Assembly (NCBI GenBank): GCA_009777345.1
Contig: WRMB01000006.1
Coordinates: forward strand, 25,286 to 89,285
From: Micrococcales bacterium
GTDB taxonomy: Bacteria > Actinomycetota > Actinomycetes > Actinomycetales > Cellulomonadaceae
Direction of reading: 5' to 3'
DNA: 64,000 nt
The notes below the pieces were generated by a model, which was not told the DNA's origin, ran no database searches, and was given only the letters and a program-made list of their open reading frames with translations. Both the position numbers and the translations under genes were made by a program. Every line of letters starts with the position of its first letter. Within the stretch, counting starts at the first letter, position 1. Below are positions 58,161 to 64,000 of the stretch, one piece after another.

Positions 58161-58205
58161 CTGTGCTTTCCACGGCTGTGCTCTCAACAGCTGTGTTCTC
58201 GACGA
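58161..58205. repeat. Degenerate 15-bp tandem repeat x3 upstream of carA
   Basis: CTGTGCTTTCCACGG / CTGTGCTCTCAACAG / CTGTGTTCTCGACGA. Confidence 0.7.
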
Positions 58206-58217
58206 CAAGGAGTGCTC

Positions 58218-59450
58218 ATGACACCCGCGGTACTGATGCTGGAGGACGGCCGGACCTTCCGGGGTGAGGCCTACGGGGCGGTCGGCGAGACGGTCGGCGA
58301 GATCGTCTTCACCACCGCGATGACCGGCTACCAGGAGACGCTCACCGACCCGTCGTACCACCGCCAGATCGTGGTGATGACGGCCCCGCACATCGGCAAC
58401 ACCGGGGTGAACGACGACGACCCGGAGTCGAAGCAGATCTGGGTGGCCGGCTACGTGGTGCGCGACCCGTCCCGCGTGGCGTCGAGCTGGCGGGCCCAGC
58501 GTCGCCTGGACGACGACCTGGTCGCCGCGGGCGTCGTGGGGATCAGCGGGATCGACACCCGGGCGCTCACCCGCCACCTGCGCGACCGCGGGGTGATGCG
58601 GGCCGGGATCTTCTCCGGCGCGGCGCTGGACGACCGCGCCGACGCCGACCGGCTGGCCCAGGTCCAGGCCGCGCCCGCTATGCAGGGAGCCCACCTGGCC
58701 GCGGCGGTGTCCACGACCGAGCCGTACGTGGTCGCGGCCCGGGGTCCCGACGGTGCCCCGCTCGACCGGCCGCTGTTCCGGGTGGTGGCGCTCGACCTGG
58801 GCATCAAGTCCATGACCCCGTACCGGATGGCCGAACGCGGTATCGAGGTCCACGTGCTGCCCGCCACCTCCACCCTCGACGACCTGCTGGCCGTCGCGCC
58901 CGACGGGGTGTTCTTCTCCAACGGTCCGGGCGACCCGGGGGCGGCCAGGCACGAGATCGCGCTGCTGCGGTCCGTGCTGGACCGCAAGGTCCCCTTCTTC
59001 GGGATCTGCTTCGGCAACCAGCTGTTCGGCCGGGCCCTGGGCTTCGAGACGTACAAGCTGGTCTACGGCCACCGCGGGACGAACCAACCGGTGCTGGACC
59101 GGGCCACCGGCAAGGTCGAGATCACCACGCACAACCACGGGTTCGCCGTGGATGCGCCGCTGGAGGGCGAGACCGTCGCTCCCCACGACGGCGGACGCTA
59201 CGGCCGGGTCAAGGTCAGCCACGTCAACCTCAACGACAACGTCGTCGAGGGCCTGGAGGCCCTGGACCTGCCGGCCTTCACCGTCCAGTACCACCCCGAG
59301 GCTGCCGCGGGCCCCCGTGACGCCTCCTACCTGTTCGACCGGTTCTGCGACCTGATGCGGACCCACTCCCCGAACGCCGGTCCCGACAGCACCGGCCCAG
59401 ACAGCACCAGTTCAGACAGCACCGGTTCAGACGAGGAGCACGCAGCCTGA
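58218..59450 (+). CDS. carA: Carbamoyl-phosphate synthase small subunit
   Basis: [32 protein letters not shown] (catalytic Cys), VQYHPE. Confidence 0.97.
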   Translation: MTPAVLMLEDGRTFRGEAYGAVGETVGEIVFTTAMTGYQETLTDPSYHRQIVVMTAPHIGNTGVNDDDPESKQIWVAGYVVRDPSRVASSWRAQRRLDDDLVAAGVVGISGIDTRALTRHLRDRGVMRAGIFSGAALDDRADADRLAQVQAAPAMQGAHLAAAVSTTEPYVVAARGPDGAPLDRPLFRVVALDLGIKSMTPYRMAERGIEVHVLPATSTLDDLLAVAPDGVFFSNGPGDPGAARHEIALLRSVLDRKVPFFGICFGNQLFGRALGFETYKLVYGHRGTNQPVLDRATGKVEITTHNHGFAVDAPLEGETVAPHDGGRYGRVKVSHVNLNDNVVEGLEALDLPAFTVQYHPEAAAGPRDASYLFDRFCDLMRTHSPNAGPDSTGPDSTSSDSTGSDEEHAA

Positions 59451-62400
59451 TGCCACGACGTACCGATATCAACTCTGTCCTGGTCATCGGGTCCGGTCCG
59501 ATCGTCATCGGACAGGCCTGCGAGTTCGACTACTCCGGCACCCAGGCCTGCCGGGTGCTCAAGGCCGAGGGCATGCGTGTCGTCCTGGTCAACTCCAACC
59601 CGGCGACGATCATGACCGACCCGGACTTCGCCGACGCCACCTACGTCGAGCCGATCAACCTCGAGGTGCTGACCTCGGTGATCGACAAGGAACGCCCCGA
59701 CGCGATCCTGCCGACCCTGGGCGGCCAGACCGGGCTCAACGCGGCCGTCGCGCTGCACGAGGCCGGGGTGCTAGAACGCTACGGTGTCGAGCTCATCGGC
59801 GCGGACGTCGACGCGATCCGCAAGGGGGAGGACCGCGAGCAGTTCCGCGAGGTCGTCACCCGCTGCGGCGGCGAGAACGCCCGGTCGGCCATCGCCCACA
59901 CCCTCGACGAGTGCTTCGCCGCGGCCGACGATCTTGGCTACCCGCTGGTGGTCAGGCCGTCGTTCACCATGGGCGGGCTCGGCTCGGGCATCGCCTATAC
60001 CCCTGACGACCTGCGGGAGATCGCCGGTGCCGGGCTGCACTACTCGCCGGTGACGGAGGTGCTGCTCGAAGAGTCGATCCTGGGCTGGAAAGAGATCGAG
60101 CTGGAGCTGATGCGCGACAGGAACGACAACGTCGTCGTGGTCTGCTCGATCGAGAACGTGGACCCGGTCGGGGTGCACACCGGCGACTCGGTGACGATCG
60201 CCCCGGCCCTGACCCTGACCGACCGGGAGTACCACCGGCTGCGGGACCTGGGCATCGCGATCATCCGTGAGGTCGGGGTCGAGACGGGCGGCTGCAATAT
60301 CCAGTTCGCGGTCCACCCGGCCAACGGCCGCATCATCGTCATCGAGATGAACCCCCGGGTGTCGCGCTCGTCGGCGCTGGCCTCCAAGGCCACGGGGTTC
60401 CCCATCGCCAAGATCGCCGCCCGCGTCGCCATCGGCTACACCCTGGACGAGATCACCAACGACATCACCGGCACCACCCCGGCGTCGTTCGAGCCGACCG
60501 TGGACTACATCGTGGTCAAGGTGCCCCGGTTCGCGTTCGAGAAGTTCCCCTCGGCCGACCCGACCCTGACCACCACCATGAAGTCCGTCGGCGAGGCCAT
60601 GTCGCTGGGCCGGAACTTCACCGAGGCGCTGGGCAAGGCGCTGCGCTCCATCGACAAGAAAGGCACCAGCTTCCACTGGGACGGCGAACCGCCCACCGGC
60701 GCGCAGCTGGACGCTCTGGTCGAGTCGCTGCGGGTGCCTACCGAGCACCGGTTCGTCGACCTGCAGCAGGCGCTGCGGGCGGGCGCGTCGGTCGAGCGGG
60801 TGTTCGACGCGACCTGGATCGACCCGTGGTTCCTCGACCAGGTCCAGCTGGTCAACGAGGTGGCCGAGGCCACCCGTACCGCACCGCGGCTCACCGCCGA
60901 GGTGCTGGTCCGGGCCAAGAAGCACGGGCTGTCCGATGTGCAGATCGCCTCGCTGCGGGGCGTCAGCGAGGACACGGTGCGGGCCTACCGCTGGGCGCTG
61001 GACGTGCGGCCGGTCTACAAGACGGTCGACACCTGCGCCGCGGAGTTCGCCGCCCGCACCCCGTACCACTACTCGGCCTACGACGAGGAGACGGAGATCG
61101 CCCCGCGGGAACGTCCCGCCGTCATCATCCTCGGGTCAGGTCCGAACCGGATCGGGCAGGGCATCGAGTTCGACTACTCATGTGTGCACGCCGCGCTGGC
61201 CCTGCGCACGGAGTACGAGACCGTCATGGTCAACTGCAACCCCGAGACGGTGTCCACCGACTACGACACCTCGGACCGGCTGTACTTCGAGCCGCTGACC
61301 TTCGAGGACGTACTCGAGGTCTACGAGGCCGAGCTGGCCGCCGGACCGGTGGCCGGGCTGATCGTCACCCTCGGCGGGCAGACGCCGCTGTCGCTGGCCC
61401 AGCGGTTGGCCGACGCGGGCCTGCCCATCTGGGGCACACCCCCGGAGGCGATCGACGCCGCCGAGGACCGGGGCCGGTTCGGCGCGGTGCTCGAGGCGGC
61501 GGGGCTGCCCGCCCCGGCCTACGGCACCGCGACCACGCTGGCCGCCGCCCGCCAGACCGCACACCGCATCGGCTTCCCGGTACTGGTGCGACCCAGCTAT
61601 GTGCTGGGCGGACGTGGCATGGAGATCGTCTACGACGACGCCGCCCTCACCGAGTACGTCGAGCGGGCCCTGGCCGCGGGTGACCCGGCCCGGGCCGGGT
61701 CGATGCCGCCGCTGCTGATCGACCGCTTCCTGGACGACGCGATCGAGATCGACGTCGACGCCCTCTACGACGGGACCGAGCTGTACCTGGGCGGGGTGAT
61801 GGAGCATATCGAGGAAGCGGGGATCCACTCCGGCGACTCGGCCTGCGCCCTGCCTCCGGTGACGCTCTCGGCCAACGAGCTGGCCCGGATCAGGAGCAGC
61901 ACCGAGGCCATCGCCCGGGGCGTCGGGGTGCGCGGGCTGCTGAACATCCAGTTCGCCCTGCTGTCGGACGTGCTGTACGTGCTGGAGGCCAACCCACGGG
62001 CCTCGCGCACGGCACCGTTCGTCTCCAAGGCCACCGGGGTGCCGCTGGCCAAGGCCGCGGCGCTGGTCATGGCCGGGCACACCATCGCCGACCTGCGGTC
62101 GTCGGGCGTCCTGCCGGTGGCCGACGCGGCGGTGCTCGACCTGGCAGCGCCGATCGCGGTCAAGGAGGCGGTACTGCCGTTCAAGCGGTTCCGCACCAAG
62201 CGCGGGCACCTGGTCGACACCCTGCTCGGCCCGGAGATGCGCTCCACCGGTGAGGTCATGGGCTTCGCCGCCGACTTCCCGACGGCCTTCGCCAAGTCCC
62301 AGGCCGGGGCGTTCGGCGGGCTGCCCACCTGCGGCACGGTGTTCGTCTCGGTGGCCGACCGGGACAAGCGGGCCGTGGTACTACCCGTGCGGCGGCTGTC

Positions 62401-62770
62401 CGAGCTGGGTTTCCGGGTGCTGGCCACCGAGGGCACGGCCGTGGTGCTGCACCGTTCGGGCGTCGGCTCGACCGTGGTGGCCAAGCACACCCAAGGCCGG
62501 GCGACCGGGGTGCAGACCATCGTCGACCTGATCATGGCCGGCCAGGTCGACATGGTCGTCAACACCCCGTCGGGGCAGGGCGCCCGGCTCGACGGCTACG
62601 AGATCCGGGCGGCCACCACCGCGGCGGACAAGGCGATCATCACCACGGTGCAAGAGCTCGACGCCGCGGTCCAGGCGATCGAGGCGGTCCGTGCCGGACC
62701 GTTCGAGGTGACCAGCCTGCAGGACCACGCCGCGGCCGCCCAGGCCCGACAGGCCGGGACCGCCCTGTGA
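59450..62770 (+). CDS. carB: Carbamoyl-phosphate synthase large subunit
   Basis: [18 protein letters not shown], two ATP-grasp domains, [18 protein letters not shown]-like C-terminus. Confidence 0.99.
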   Translation: MPRRTDINSVLVIGSGPIVIGQACEFDYSGTQACRVLKAEGMRVVLVNSNPATIMTDPDFADATYVEPINLEVLTSVIDKERPDAILPTLGGQTGLNAAVALHEAGVLERYGVELIGADVDAIRKGEDREQFREVVTRCGGENARSAIAHTLDECFAAADDLGYPLVVRPSFTMGGLGSGIAYTPDDLREIAGAGLHYSPVTEVLLEESILGWKEIELELMRDRNDNVVVVCSIENVDPVGVHTGDSVTIAPALTLTDREYHRLRDLGIAIIREVGVETGGCNIQFAVHPANGRIIVIEMNPRVSRSSALASKATGFPIAKIAARVAIGYTLDEITNDITGTTPASFEPTVDYIVVKVPRFAFEKFPSADPTLTTTMKSVGEAMSLGRNFTEALGKALRSIDKKGTSFHWDGEPPTGAQLDALVESLRVPTEHRFVDLQQALRAGASVERVFDATWIDPWFLDQVQLVNEVAEATRTAPRLTAEVLVRAKKHGLSDVQIASLRGVSEDTVRAYRWALDVRPVYKTVDTCAAEFAARTPYHYSAYDEETEIAPRERPAVIILGSGPNRIGQGIEFDYSCVHAALALRTEYETVMVNCNPETVSTDYDTSDRLYFEPLTFEDVLEVYEAELAAGPVAGLIVTLGGQTPLSLAQRLADAGLPIWGTPPEAIDAAEDRGRFGAVLEAAGLPAPAYGTATTLAAARQTAHRIGFPVLVRPSYVLGGRGMEIVYDDAALTEYVERALAAGDPARAGSMPPLLIDRFLDDAIEIDVDALYDGTELYLGGVMEHIEEAGIHSGDSACALPPVTLSANELARIRSSTEAIARGVGVRGLLNIQFALLSDVLYVLEANPRASRTAPFVSKATGVPLAKAAALVMAGHTIADLRSSGVLPVADAAVLDLAAPIAVKEAVLPFKRFRTKRGHLVDTLLGPEMRSTGEVMGFAADFPTAFAKSQAGAFGGLPTCGTVFVSVADRDKRAVVLPVRRLSELGFRVLATEGTAVVLHRSGVGSTVVAKHTQGRATGVQTIVDLIMAGQVDMVVNTPSGQGARLDGYEIRAATTAADKAIITTVQELDAAVQAIEAVRAGPFEVTSLQDHAAAAQARQAGTAL

Positions 62771-63621
62771 CCGGTTTCGGGGACCGTCTGGCCGCGGCCA
62801 TGGACCGTCACGGTCCGCTGGCCGTCGGCATCGACCCGCACCCGGCGCTGCTGCGCGCCTGGGGGCTGACCGATGACGGGGTGGGTCTACGGGCCTTCGC
62901 CCTGGGCGTCGTGGACGCCCTCGGGGGTCGCGTGGCCGCCCTCAAGCCCCAGTCGGCACTGTTCGAACGGCACGGCGCGGCCGGGGTCGGGGTGCTCGAA
63001 GAGGTGATCTTCGCGGCCCGCCGGTCCGAGACGCTGGTCATCGTGGACGCCAAACGGGGTGATGTCGGCTCGACCATGGCCGGATACGCCGACGCCTACC
63101 TGCGGGACGGTTCGCCGCTCGCCGGTGACGCGGTGACGCTGTCGCCGTACCTGGGTTTCGGCTCCTTGCTGCCCGCCGTCGACGCGGCCGTGGCCAGCGG
63201 TCGGGGGGTGTTCGTCCTGGCGCTGACGTCGAACCCGGAAGGGGTCGGCGTGCAGCACGCCGCGGACGGTGACGGGACGCCCGTGGCCGTCGCGGTCGCT
63301 CGGGCGGCGGCGCAGGTCAACGCGGAGAACCTGGGGGAGTCGGGGCTGGGTCCGGTGGGGCTGGTCGTGGGTGCCACGGTGGGTGGTGCACCGGCCCGGC
63401 TGGGCCTGGACCTGGCCGCTGTGCACGGTCCGCTGCTGGCCCCCGGGGTGGGTGCTCAGGGGGCTGGCGCGGTCGAGCTGGCGCAGGTGTTCGGGACCGC
63501 GCGACGGGCCGTCCTGGCCTCGGCGTCCCGCAGCGTGCTGGCCGCCGGACCGGACCCCCAGGCCCTGGCCGATGCGACCGCGCAGGCCGCCGCGCAGGCC
63601 CGTGCGGCGCTTCGCCCGTGA
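62767..63621 (+). CDS. pyrF: Orotidine-5'-phosphate decarboxylase
   Basis: [46 protein letters not shown]. Confidence 0.96.
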   Translation: MTGFGDRLAAAMDRHGPLAVGIDPHPALLRAWGLTDDGVGLRAFALGVVDALGGRVAALKPQSALFERHGAAGVGVLEEVIFAARRSETLVIVDAKRGDVGSTMAGYADAYLRDGSPLAGDAVTLSPYLGFGSLLPAVDAAVASGRGVFVLALTSNPEGVGVQHAADGDGTPVAVAVARAAAQVNAENLGESGLGPVGLVVGATVGGAPARLGLDLAAVHGPLLAPGVGAQGAGAVELAQVFGTARRAVLASASRSVLAAGPDPQALADATAQAAAQARAALRP

Positions 63622-63732
63622 CACCCCGTGGGCGCACACGTTGCCGACACGCCTGGTGATGATAGGTTCGAAGCACTGAACCGCCCTGAGAGGCGTGAGT
63701 CCAATCCCGACGTTCACGAGAAGGTGACCCGC

Positions 63733-64000
63733 GTGGCTCTTCCCCATCTGACTCCCGAACAACGTGCCGAAGCCCTTCAGAAGGCCGCCGCTGCCCGCCA
63801 GAAGCGGGCCGAGGTGAAGAACCGGCTCAAGTACTCCCAAGGCAAGCTCTCCGAGGTGATCGAGCAGGGCAAGCAGGACGAGACCATCGGCAAGCTGAAG
63901 GTCGTCTCCCTGCTGGAGTCCCTGCCTGGTGTCGGCAAGGTCAAGGCCAAGAAGGTCATGGCTGATATCGGCATCTCTGAGACCCGCCGGGTGCGCGGCC
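63733..64000 (+). CDS. mihF: Actinobacterial integration host factor mIHF (3' end off window)
   Basis: MALPHLTPEQRAEALQKAAAARQKRAEVKNRLK...KLKVVSLLESLPGVGKVKA...RRVRG. Confidence 0.95.
   Translation, partial: MALPHLTPEQRAEALQKAAAARQKRAEVKNRLKYSQGKLSEVIEQGKQDETIGKLKVVSLLESLPGVGKVKAKKVMADIGISETRRVRG

Overview
A 64-kb chromosomal window from a high-GC actinobacterium. Gene content and order look like Micrococcales (Cellulomonas/Actinotalea-like), which is an inference. Core blocks in order: transglutaminase/DUF58/MoxR operon (minus); complete dcw cluster (mraZ-rsmH-ftsL-ftsI-murE-murF-mraY-murD-ftsW-murG-murC-ftsQ-ftsZ-pgeF ... sepF-yggT-divIVA); dksA-like-lspA-rluD-dnaE; a surface-anchored clan GH-A glycosidase; tkt-pgl; xerD-parA-scpAB-rluB-tyrA-cmk-plsC; der; and pyrR-pyrB-pyrC-carA-carB-pyrF-mihF. 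Three accessory regions stand out. (1) 21.6-23.5 kb: an unknown domain fused to tandem FHA domains, occupying the usual yggS position in the dcw cluster. (2) 36.1-42.0 kb: a visibly lower-GC, collapsed RHS/YD polymorphic-toxin locus. The parent gene is internally deleted, about 7 toxin C-terminal tips are mostly inactivated, and about 10 immunity-type genes are mostly intact. It includes an ART-like toxin paired with an S1-domain protein and a DUF2283 gene found as two halves 2.4 kb apart. (3) 49.2-52.9 kb: a decayed islet at the 3' end of tRNA-Pro(GGG) with serine-recombinase and XRE remnants, a stand-alone PD-(D/E)xK nuclease, an unknown gene and a Phd/VapC pair. Regulatory elements include MraZ-box repeats, the mraW RNA motif, a MerR-type palindrome at ftsZ and a PyrR-binding RNA. 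No CRISPR array or rRNA was seen. All family assignments come from reading motifs by eye; no database search was run.
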